Assembly (NCBI GenBank): GCA_934691225.1
Contig: CAKUSQ010000001.1
Location: forward strand, 450,001 to 482,000
Origin: an uncultured Opitutales bacterium
Lineage (GTDB): Bacteria; Verrucomicrobiota; Verrucomicrobiia; Opitutales; UBA9783
Length of the DNA stretch: 32,000 nucleotides
Direction: 5' to 3'
In this document: positions 9,714 to 17,522 of the stretch, piece by piece
Numbering within the stretch: the first letter of the stretch is position 1
How the letters are laid out: each line of letters opens with the position of its first letter
Program-made: the position numbers and the translations under genes
Notes under the pieces: generated by a model
What the model was told of the DNA's origin: nothing
Seen by the model: the letters and a program-made list of their open reading frames with translations, nothing else
The model's database searches: none

Positions 9714-10718
9714 ATGGCTAAGCGATTAGGAAAGTTTGAATTGCCCAATAGGTTGGTGCGTGTTGAGGAAACGGCAACACCTACGTTTGCTTGTTTTATA
9801 GCGGATCCTTTTGAAAAGGGGTTTGGGCATACCATCGGAAATGCTTTGCGTCGAGTTTTATTAAGCTCGATAGAGGGAGCTGCGATTGCATCTGTTAAAA
9901 TTGAAGGTGTCGGTCACGAGTTTCAAAGTTGTGATGGCATTATTGAAGATGTAACTGAGATTGTTTTGAATTTAAAAAAGGTGCTTTTGAAAACAACCTC
10001 TCGCGAACCTGTAACGCTGCATTTGGATGTTACAAAAGTTGGACGTGTTACTGCGGGAGACATTGAACCTAATGCTGAGGTTACGATTGTAAATCCTGAT
10101 CAATTGATTTGCACTTTGACTAAAGAGCGTCGTTTGCAAGCAGATTTGACGGTGGTTGTTGGACGTGGGTATCGTTTGGCAGAAGACAATAAAAGTGAAG
10201 ATCAGCCTTTGGGAGTTATTCCTATTGATAGTTTGTTCAGTCCTGTTTTAATGGTTAAATATGCGGTTGAAAATACGCGTGTAGGTAAAATGACGGACTT
10301 TGATAAACTTTTCCTAGAGATAACGACAGATGGACGTATTTCTCCGGAAGATGCTTTGAAGGAGGCCACTGTTATTTTGATGCATCATTTGGCTCTTTTT
10401 GATAGGTTTACTTCTGAAGAAATCGAGTTTGAGGATCGCAAGCGTGCAGAAGGTGAAGAGCAAAATCGTTTACGCAAATTGTTGAATATGAGTGTTAATG
10501 AAATTGAGTTGTCGGTTCGTGCAGCTAATTGTTTAAATAATGCGAATATTTTAACTGTAGGAGAATTGGCACGCAAGACAGAAGCTGAAATGTTGAAATA
10601 TCGAAATTTTGGTAAAAAGTCTTTGAATGAAATTAAAGCAAAGATGGAACAATTAGGTCTTTCTTTGGGTATGAAAATTGATGAACGGTTGTTGGATACT
10701 ACTTCAACCATTCTTTAG
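9714..10718 (+). CDS. rpoA: DNA-directed RNA polymerase subunit alpha
   Basis: GHTIGNALRRVLLSS is present, and the C-terminal domain helix-hairpin-helix reads ELSVRAANCLNNANILTVGEL. Confidence 0.95.
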   Translation: MAKRLGKFELPNRLVRVEETATPTFACFIADPFEKGFGHTIGNALRRVLLSSIEGAAIASVKIEGVGHEFQSCDGIIEDVTEIVLNLKKVLLKTTSREPVTLHLDVTKVGRVTAGDIEPNAEVTIVNPDQLICTLTKERRLQADLTVVVGRGYRLAEDNKSEDQPLGVIPIDSLFSPVLMVKYAVENTRVGKMTDFDKLFLEITTDGRISPEDALKEATVILMHHLALFDRFTSEEIEFEDRKRAEGEEQNRLRKLLNMSVNEIELSVRAANCLNNANILTVGELARKTEAEMLKYRNFGKKSLNEIKAKMEQLGLSLGMKIDERLLDTTSTIL

Positions 10719-10732
10719 GAGTTAACAGTATT

Positions 10733-11224
10733 ATGCGTCATTTAAAACATCATTTTCAGTTAGGTGTTAAGCAAGAACATCGTAAAGCTTTGATGGCTAA
10801 TTTGGCATCACAGTTGTTTTTGCATGGGAAAATTAAAACAACTTTAGTTAAAGCCAAAGCGGTGCGTCCATTTGCTGAAAAAATTATTACATTGGCAAAA
10901 AATGCTGCTTTAGCAGAAAAAACGGAAGAGAAATTACATTATCGCCGTTTGGCTATTGCACGTATTCGTAACGAAGAAGCTGTTAAAAAATTATTTGATG
11001 AATTAGTTGAGCAATTTTTGAAACGCAACGGTGGGTATACGCGCATTTATAAATTAATGTCGCGTGTTGGGGATGGTGCGCCTGTAGGGCTGATTCAGTT
11101 GGTTGAAGCTGTTGCAGAAAAACGTCGCAGCTCTAAAAAATCTTCAAAAAAATCTGTAAAAGTCCAAGAAAGTCCAGCGGAAGTTGCTTCAGAAGTTGAA
11201 AATTCAGAAAAAGTAACCGCTTAG
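10733..11224 (+). CDS. rplQ: 50S ribosomal protein L17 (Lys/Ser-rich C-terminal tail)
   Basis: The MRHLKHHFQLG N-terminus and GGYTRIYKL motif are present. This is the last gene of the alpha operon. Confidence 0.93.
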   Translation: MRHLKHHFQLGVKQEHRKALMANLASQLFLHGKIKTTLVKAKAVRPFAEKIITLAKNAALAEKTEEKLHYRRLAIARIRNEEAVKKLFDELVEQFLKRNGGYTRIYKLMSRVGDGAPVGLIQLVEAVAEKRRSSKKSSKKSVKVQESPAEVASEVENSEKVTA

Positions 11225-11247
11225 TTTTTTAGGTTTTAGATACATAG

Positions 11248-11278
11248 CCTTCTACCTGCATAAGGTGGAAGGTTTTTT
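11248..11278 (+). terminator. Rho-independent terminator of the ribosomal supercluster
   Basis: CCTTCTACC (11248-11256) and GGTGGAAGG (11264-11272) form a 9-bp stem with one G-U pair and a 7-nt loop. A T6 run follows at 11273-11278. Confidence 0.7.
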
Positions 11279-11285
11279 GTTAAAA

Positions 11286-12113
11286 ATGAATCAAGCGATA
11301 TGTAATTTTATTTATCAACAATGGGGTTGTTCAGATCCTTTTTGTTCTGTTGAATTTTCTGAAGATCAATGGGATATTTTGAGTGCACGTGCTTATGAAG
11401 ATAAAAAACGAACATTGATTTTAGATAAAAAGTGGCCTTTTTGCATGCGTTTGGTTGGACAATCTGGGTCAGGTAAAACTTCACAACTGTTACCTGCTGT
11501 AAAGGCTATGTTTGATGCGCAGCAATTGTCTTATATATCTTTAGCGGTACGCGATTTTGTTGATTATCATCCGCACTTGCAAAAAATTAAGCAATTATAT
11601 GGTGAAGCTTTGGTAAGAGAAAAAACAAATGCCTTTGCATTAATTTTACTGACGTTGGTTTTTGAGCGTTGCATTAAAGATGGTTATCCTTTGTTGTTTG
11701 AGGTGACTTTGTTAGCACCAACATATGAACATTTTATTCATACTTTGCTTGAGCAGTATAAATATAGGTGTGATTATCAGGTGTTGGCGGTTTCAAAAGC
11801 GTTGTCCGATCAATGGATTGCGGATCGTTGTCGTGCAACACAACGTGTGGTCACAAATCGCTCGGCGAATTTTTTTTATGAAATTCTTGAGTCTGCTTTT
11901 TTAAGTTTGCGTACATTTACTTTAAAAAACAGGGTTTTTGTGTGGGATTGTTTTCATTTGTCACCTGTTTTGTCAAATTTGAGAGATGAAAAACTTTGGA
12001 AAATCATTGTTGATGCAAGATCTTGTTCAGGACTTGCTCGGTTGGAGTTAGAAGAAAGTGTACGAGCAAAGATTACTTTTTTGAAAAATTTTTATGCCAC
12101 ACATGAATTTTGA
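11286..12113 (+). CDS. Zeta-toxin-family P-loop kinase-like protein (orphan, no adjacent antitoxin)
   Basis: The Walker A motif GQSGSGKT lies at 11457-11480. From recall of S. pyogenes zeta, the downstream RDFVDYHP.., ..KQLYGE.., GYPLLFEVT and Y..VLAVSK segments align with DNDTFKQQHP, VKLYEKD, GYNLVIEGT and Y..VMAVPK. I took the ATG at 11286 because the GTG at 11265 lies inside the terminator stem. Confidence 0.5.
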   Translation: MNQAICNFIYQQWGCSDPFCSVEFSEDQWDILSARAYEDKKRTLILDKKWPFCMRLVGQSGSGKTSQLLPAVKAMFDAQQLSYISLAVRDFVDYHPHLQKIKQLYGEALVREKTNAFALILLTLVFERCIKDGYPLLFEVTLLAPTYEHFIHTLLEQYKYRCDYQVLAVSKALSDQWIADRCRATQRVVTNRSANFFYEILESAFLSLRTFTLKNRVFVWDCFHLSPVLSNLRDEKLWKIIVDARSCSGLARLELEESVRAKITFLKNFYATHEF

Positions 12114-12180
12114 ATTCTGTGTAAAAAAACAAATTTATGAGTTGACAAGTTTTAAAAATTTTTAGATTCTTTAATCATAG

Positions 12181-12256
<76 letters not shown>

Positions 12257-12270
12257 TTTTTGCTCATGTT

Positions 12271-12642
12271 ATGAGGAAATTCCCTAAACGTTTTTTAGTT
12301 GTATTGAACGAAATATTGAAGAAATATCCGGATTACTCAAAAAATTCTTATATGTTTGTTTATGAAGCGCTTGATCGTGCAAATCATCGGTTGGAGCAAT
12401 CATTGAGGCAATCAATGACAGGTGCAGAATTGGTTAAGGATGGTATGGTTCCTTTAGCAATGCAACGTTGGGGATTTTTAGCGGAACAAGTGTTTCATTT
12501 TTGGAATCTAAAAACAGGGGTTGATGTTGGAAAAGTCGTTGAACGTCTGGTTGAGTTTGGGGTTTTTAAAAAAGAAGCTAATGATAATTTTGAAGATTTC
12601 AATTCTTTAAATTTACACGAAATGTTGAGTTTTACGTTTTAA
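12271..12642 (+). CDS. Small conserved hypothetical protein, Minf_1886-like (PVC-restricted family, from recall)
   Basis: The 123-aa ORF matches my recollection of the Minf_1886 family pattern: Y..Y.FVYEAL, then G.EL, then WG with a hydrophobic patch, then V..LVE.G, then an acidic F-rich tail. This was not verified by search. The ATG lies 14 nt after the tRNA-Asn CCA. Confidence 0.45.
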   Translation: MRKFPKRFLVVLNEILKKYPDYSKNSYMFVYEALDRANHRLEQSLRQSMTGAELVKDGMVPLAMQRWGFLAEQVFHFWNLKTGVDVGKVVERLVEFGVFKKEANDNFEDFNSLNLHEMLSFTF

Positions 12643-12705
12643 AAAAATTTGTTTTTTACATAAAAATTGTTTGACATCATTAAAATTTACTTGTTTGCTC
12701 GATGT

Positions 12706-13806
12706 ATGAATCGCATATTTGTAGGCGGAATTGGTTTAGCCGCACTCTTATTAGGTGGTTGTCAAACAACTAAGGTGGGACCTCGTGCTCTTCGTTCTTT
12801 TCAGGGAGCATATAATCAAGCAGTTACAATGAATGAAAACGAGCAGCTTTTGCAAAATATTGTGCGTTTGCGTTATCGTGATAATCCAGTTTTTATGGAA
12901 GTATCTGCTATAAAACAAGATAATGCTGGTAATAATAATGGGGAGTTATCTCTTGATAAAACCATTATGAGTGCTGGTGGTAAGTATGTTGGAAAAACAG
13001 TCAGTAAGTTAGGTTTTAACAGCAATAATTCATCTTCTTTAAGTTTTTCACGTTTAAATGGGAAAGATTTTGTTCAAAAGTTGATGACGCCGGTACAGTT
13101 GCCGATTATTATTTCTATGTTTAATTCAGGTTGGAAGCCGGAGCGTGTTTTCAATTTATGTGTTGAGCGCGTAAATGATTTGTACAATGCGCCTACAGCT
13201 GATGGGCCTACACCGGAATATGCACCTGAATATAAGTCATTCTATCGTTGGACAACTTTATTGGGGCGTTTGGAGCGCAATCATTGCATTGACTTTGGTG
13301 AAGATCCAGATGCTAATTTCTCTGATTACTTTGTACGAATTCGTTCCAATAAGGCACTGGATAAAGAAATTGCTGAATTTAAAACTTTGGCAGGTTTGAA
13401 GCAAGATCGTACAATGTTTAAATTAAAATCGGATTTTATCTGTGCGGATGAGAAAAGAGTTACCTTGCGTGGTCGTACTTTGTTGGGTATGTTTTTCTTC
13501 TTGTCACAAGGGGTAGATGTTCCTCAGGCAGATAAAGATAAAGGTTTAGTAACCATTACGAAAAACTTAGATGGCTCAGAATTTGATTGGAATCCTATCA
13601 CAAGGTGTTTGTTGAAAATTCATTTTTCTGAATCCAAGGCAACTGTAAGGCCTGCTAATGCTTATGTGGCTTGCCGCTATCGTGGTAAATGGTTTTATAT
13701 TGATGATTGCGATACTGAATCTAAGTCAACGTTCTTGTTGTTGTCGCAGATTTATGTACTCCAATCGGCAAACTTTAAATCACAGCAATCTGTGTTAGTT
13801 TTATAG
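12706..13806 (+). CDS. Lipoprotein of unknown function (367 aa)
   Basis: From the ATG at 12706, MNRIFVGGIGLAALLLGGC has a signal peptide and a lipobox-like LGGC. The rest has no family I can name; the conserved-looking C-terminus reads YRGKWFYIDDCDTESKSTFLLLSQIY. The track start at 12667 is a TTG that adds a non-signal extension. Confidence 0.6.
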   Translation: MNRIFVGGIGLAALLLGGCQTTKVGPRALRSFQGAYNQAVTMNENEQLLQNIVRLRYRDNPVFMEVSAIKQDNAGNNNGELSLDKTIMSAGGKYVGKTVSKLGFNSNNSSSLSFSRLNGKDFVQKLMTPVQLPIIISMFNSGWKPERVFNLCVERVNDLYNAPTADGPTPEYAPEYKSFYRWTTLLGRLERNHCIDFGEDPDANFSDYFVRIRSNKALDKEIAEFKTLAGLKQDRTMFKLKSDFICADEKRVTLRGRTLLGMFFFLSQGVDVPQADKDKGLVTITKNLDGSEFDWNPITRCLLKIHFSESKATVRPANAYVACRYRGKWFYIDDCDTESKSTFLLLSQIYVLQSANFKSQQSVLVL

Positions 13807-13826
13807 ATGTTTATTGAGTTTTAAAG

Positions 13827-13851
13827 GGAGGCAGAGATGCCTCCTTTTTTT
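13827..13851. terminator. Bidirectional intrinsic terminator between convergent genes
   Basis: GGAGGCA (13827-13833) and TGCCTCC (13838-13844) form a perfect 7-bp stem with a GAGA loop. It is flanked by AAAG upstream and a T-run at 13845-13851, and it sits exactly between the stops of the lipoprotein gene and the 911-aa gene. Confidence 0.65.
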
Positions 13852-16585
13852 ATTGCGGTGTGGTTTCGTACTTTAAATAATTGGGTAGTTGATTATGGTA
13901 GGTTGATAAAGTGTAAGTAGTTACATCGCAATCTTTAAAATCATGGATTTCTTTTAAAGCATTATAATTGATGTTACCAATCGTTTGGGTTTTTCGTCCA
14001 CGATTAATTTTGTAGTAAAAAGGCATTCCGGGTGTGTGACCGTTAGTCGTATGTGTTAAATAGAGATTGGCGGGAGCATAGTTACCAGGTGACCTTGTTT
14101 TATGACAAAAATTGATAGGCGGTTCCCATTGTTGCTGGCAGTAGTAAGGAAGCAGCAAAGATCCATGTATTTTTACAGGTGTTGAAAAATCTTCCAAAGA
14201 TCGGATGGCATCATGAAATCCGTTATCTGGATTTAAATTTTTGTCTTTTGTTAACCAATAATTAGGATGTGTTCGTCCCGTCATTATGTTAGCATGAATT
14301 TCAGTAGCTGTCCGTCCACTTATAAGCGATTTACTATCGGGTGAAAATAAGTAAGAACAGCGGTAATTAAATCCACATTGCCAATCCAACCAATCATCGC
14401 TTAACAGTGTTAATGAATCTGTTATAATAAGTGCTGGTTGAGAATTTTTTGTATTATAATTTCCTTTGATATAAAGTGGGTAAGGACACAAAAAAGTTAA
14501 TCCTCCTTCAGGCAATGTTTCTGCATTGATCAATCGTATGCCAATATCTACCACAGGATCTTTAGTATACACGTAATCACCTTCTTGCGGATAGGTGTTA
14601 AAGAAATTTTCACGATGTGTGATATAATCTTGTCGTATATCGTTTGTTTTATCCGATTGATAATGTTTATAGTTTCTGTTCCCATTTCCAGCTTCTCCTG
14701 GCCAGTAACAGTTTATTTTTATGGTATGGTTAAAATCATTCCAGTTAGATATCGTGTTATTTAGGCTGCCGATGTCGATATCAACTATTTGAATCCATTT
14801 AGCCCTATTTTTGTCGTAAATGAATTGATAGTTTTCATCTGTTTTTAAGCGAGTCATAATAGGATCGAATTCCCAATGATCACCGCAATCAATGAGCTTG
14901 TGTGGAGGACAAGTGGTATCATTCCAGCTATTGGGCGTATAGGCTGATTTTGTTTTAATGGCGGTTAGAGCATCGTTGTAGTCAATTCTATTACTCGTAT
15001 GTTCTATGATAAGTTTATTATCAATAATTTTTTGGTAATACTTGTTGGATTGAATGTTAAAAGTGGATGTAGGATTTGTATCATTAGGCCAACTGTATAG
15101 TATGTTGTTTTCGCTTTTGTGTTGATAACAACGGATATCAGAAATGATAGAACAATTTTTGAATCTTATATCAAGATATCGATTAAGGTAGAAATTGTCC
15201 CTTGTGGCAGAGAAATAGGTATTGTTGTATGTTGTATAAGGAATGTTGATAATATTAAATAAATTTTTTACTTCATCATCGTTTGTATTTTTCAATAGAA
15301 TACGAAATTCTAATCCAGGTCCATTGATTGTTTTTTGGGTTTCAACCAATCGTGCTTTTTCAGTCATTTGAGTTGAGCTTAGATTACGCAATGCCTGCAT
15401 GGCTTCAGCAGGTTTGTTGGTCGCATATTTATTGTGACTTGTTTCAGCTGAAGTTTTACATAAGTTGTGTAAACCAAAGCAAAATTCAACCATACGAGCA
15501 TTTTCGGAGGTACCTCCTAGCCCATTTGTGGTGTCGTTGGGTAGCCAATAGCCCCAATCAGAAATAGGATCGAAACCGCAGGGACGAAGAATACGGCTGC
15601 GTGTTAAACATTTTCCTTGTGAAGTATTAAATAAGTTATAACTATTGTAGCGTTGTGTCGAAGATCCTGAATTGCTTAAATAGTTATCTAAGTTAATGTA
15701 AGAAGCATTGGTTGTGTTAAAAGAATAAGTTGTTTTACCGGTGGAATAAGGATTAGTGTAGTTGTTATAAAATGTACTGTTATCGTACATGCAATATTTT
15801 GAAGGTAAGGCAATGGATGAGTAAGAAGCTGATTTTTCATTTATTTTAAGACCAAACCCAGCTATATGAACAACATTTTTAAAATATATATTGTTGTTTT
15901 CATAGCCTTGATATTTAGGAAATCGAGCGTTACCATTAATTTGAATAGGTCCTTGAAAATTTATATACCAATTTTCATCTCGTGAACTAATATTTCCTCC
16001 CAATGAAGTATCGCCTTCTGAATAAAGTTGAAAATCACATAAGGGATTTCTTTCGATTTCCATGGTTTGGACCATATGCATATCCCAATCAGGAACGAAT
16101 TCAGATTTTATCCGTAGGTTCCCAAGCATGAATACATCGGCAAGGTAACGTTCATCGGTAGAACTTTTGTTTTTACTTTGCCAAAATATGGGACCACCAT
16201 AAATAGCTGTTTGCGTCCAATCAATCGATAAAGGGAAATCATTAGGAACAATTTGTTGTTCACTTAAAGAACCTTTAAAGTCAATAACATAATTGTTAGG
16301 GTTGTAGGATTTATCTTTTTTCTGATAAGCATCTACGCTTAGAAAAATATTAGGTTCTTTGGGATTTTGTACGATTTGATAAGCGTAATCACGCGTTAAT
16401 GCCATCAGATTTTCCAATAAATAAAACCCCTGTGTTTCTTGTATGAAAATGGATGATAATTTATTTTCGTGCAATGTTCTATTGCAGCATAAGCGCAACG
16501 TTCCAATCAAAACGAATAGGAATATGAGTGATGTAAAAAAAGTATTTCCGTTGGATTTTTTCGAATCCATTAATCGAGGTCCCAT
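13850..16585 (-). CDS. Giant Asn/Tyr/Thr/Cys-rich anchored envelope or secreted protein, unknown function (911 aa)
   Basis: This is an uninterrupted 2.7-kb ORF. The N-terminus (KKSNGNTFFTSLIFLFVLIGTL) is a short basic stretch plus a roughly 20-aa hydrophobic helix, similar in layout to PilX/GspK-type anchors but without the G-F-T-L-I-E prepilin motif. I count about 19 Cys. I recognise no enzymatic motif. An alternative start is the ATG at 16570. Confidence 0.6.
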   Translation of the reverse strand: MGPRLMDSKKSNGNTFFTSLIFLFVLIGTLRLCCNRTLHENKLSSIFIQETQGFYLLENLMALTRDYAYQIVQNPKEPNIFLSVDAYQKKDKSYNPNNYVIDFKGSLSEQQIVPNDFPLSIDWTQTAIYGGPIFWQSKNKSSTDERYLADVFMLGNLRIKSEFVPDWDMHMVQTMEIERNPLCDFQLYSEGDTSLGGNISSRDENWYINFQGPIQINGNARFPKYQGYENNNIYFKNVVHIAGFGLKINEKSASYSSIALPSKYCMYDNSTFYNNYTNPYSTGKTTYSFNTTNASYINLDNYLSNSGSSTQRYNSYNLFNTSQGKCLTRSRILRPCGFDPISDWGYWLPNDTTNGLGGTSENARMVEFCFGLHNLCKTSAETSHNKYATNKPAEAMQALRNLSSTQMTEKARLVETQKTINGPGLEFRILLKNTNDDEVKNLFNIINIPYTTYNNTYFSATRDNFYLNRYLDIRFKNCSIISDIRCYQHKSENNILYSWPNDTNPTSTFNIQSNKYYQKIIDNKLIIEHTSNRIDYNDALTAIKTKSAYTPNSWNDTTCPPHKLIDCGDHWEFDPIMTRLKTDENYQFIYDKNRAKWIQIVDIDIGSLNNTISNWNDFNHTIKINCYWPGEAGNGNRNYKHYQSDKTNDIRQDYITHRENFFNTYPQEGDYVYTKDPVVDIGIRLINAETLPEGGLTFLCPYPLYIKGNYNTKNSQPALIITDSLTLLSDDWLDWQCGFNYRCSYLFSPDSKSLISGRTATEIHANIMTGRTHPNYWLTKDKNLNPDNGFHDAIRSLEDFSTPVKIHGSLLLPYYCQQQWEPPINFCHKTRSPGNYAPANLYLTHTTNGHTPGMPFYYKINRGRKTQTIGNINYNALKEIHDFKDCDVTTYTLSTYHNQLPNYLKYETTPQ

Positions 16586-16631
16586 TACAATAAGCTTAAC
16601 GCTTTAAGAGATAATTAGCAACAACGAAATT

Positions 16632-17516
16632 TTAATAGGACTCTTGAAATGGATTTTTTAAAAGAAAATTGCGAATGTTGGAATGAATTGCTTCTTTAGC
16701 ATCTTCGAGGACGTAGTGACCAGCATTTTCGTAACAATTTAACTGTGCATTAGGGAAAAAATTACGCCATCGAGATAAAAAATCTGGTGTAAAGCAAAAA
16801 TCTTTCATACCCCAGGCTAGTAAACAAGGTTTTTGGTTTATCAACCACAGATTTTCTTGAATGCGCTGAAGTGTTTCATAGGAAGGATGATTGTCATCCA
16901 TAGGAATATCTTGCACGAAAGCATTGATAGCAACGCGGTTTTTAGCGTTGTTGTAGGGATAAAGATACCCTTCCTTAATGTTTTTAGGTAACGTTTGAGT
17001 GGTAGCCATCCATGTGGCGGCTCTAGCAAAAATGTTTAGGTGTTTTATAGCCCAAGGGCCTAACACAGGAAAGCGGCATAAGGCAATTCTTAGAGGAATT
17101 TGGTCAGATAAAAATGCCGCAGAGTTTAAAATCGTTAATGATTGAATGCTAGCTGGCCATCGTGTGGCAATACCCATACCAATAGCGCCTCCCCAGTCAT
17201 GAACTACCAAATGAAAGCGTCCTATGCCTAATTCTTTCAACCAATGGAGCGTATTTTCAATGTGCTGATTTAGTTGATAGGGATACGTTTGTGGTTTGTC
17301 TGAAAGTCCACAGCCTATGTGATCGGGTGCTAAGCAGCGATACATTGGGCTTAAGAATTGGATCAAATTACGGAAATAAAACGACCAAGTTGGATTACCA
17401 TGCAACATGACTACTGGTTCTCCTTTACCTTGATCAACGTAATGCAAACGACATTTTACAGGCGTTTTTAACGTTAGAAAATGTGATTCGAATGGATAGA
17501 TTTTTTTAAGATCCAT
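16632..17516 (-). CDS. Alpha/beta hydrolase, haloalkane-dehalogenase-like, OleB-like
   Basis: Motifs HGNPTWSFYFR, APDHIGCGLSDKP, VVHDWGG (nucleophile Asp elbow) and NAGHYVLED (catalytic His region) are present. It lies 6 nt downstream of the OleA-like gene, and a GGAAAC Shine-Dalgarno-like sequence fills that gap. Confidence 0.6.
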   Translation of the reverse strand: MDLKKIYPFESHFLTLKTPVKCRLHYVDQGKGEPVVMLHGNPTWSFYFRNLIQFLSPMYRCLAPDHIGCGLSDKPQTYPYQLNQHIENTLHWLKELGIGRFHLVVHDWGGAIGMGIATRWPASIQSLTILNSAAFLSDQIPLRIALCRFPVLGPWAIKHLNIFARAATWMATTQTLPKNIKEGYLYPYNNAKNRVAINAFVQDIPMDDNHPSYETLQRIQENLWLINQKPCLLAWGMKDFCFTPDFLSRWRNFFPNAQLNCYENAGHYVLEDAKEAIHSNIRNFLLKNPFQESY

Positions 17517-17522
17517 GTTTCC

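Noticed and set aside
11265-11285. GTG start at 11265 for the zeta-like ORF (MEGFLLK...).
   Set aside because: These codons are the 3' half of the terminator stem and its T-run. The ATG at 11286 is the first start outside the hairpin.
12142-12168. A possible tRNA-Asn promoter: TTGACA at 12142-12147 with TAGATT at 12163-12168.
   Set aside because: The spacer is only 15 nt and the -10 hexamer is weak. It is not solid enough to list as a feature, although a promoter must lie somewhere in 12114-12181 unless there is read-through.
13850-16585. Many N-x-S/T sequons in the 911-aa protein, as evidence for N-glycosylation.
   Set aside because: They are expected from the extreme Asn/Ser/Thr composition. 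No oligosaccharyltransferase or glycosylation genes are in the window.
16586-16631. A possible internal promoter (minus strand TTGCTA-17-TAAGCT) placing a TSS at the ATG of the 911-aa gene.
   Set aside because: The -10 hexamer matches only 3 of 6 positions. I cannot distinguish this from chance, so co-transcription with oleAB is the simpler reading.
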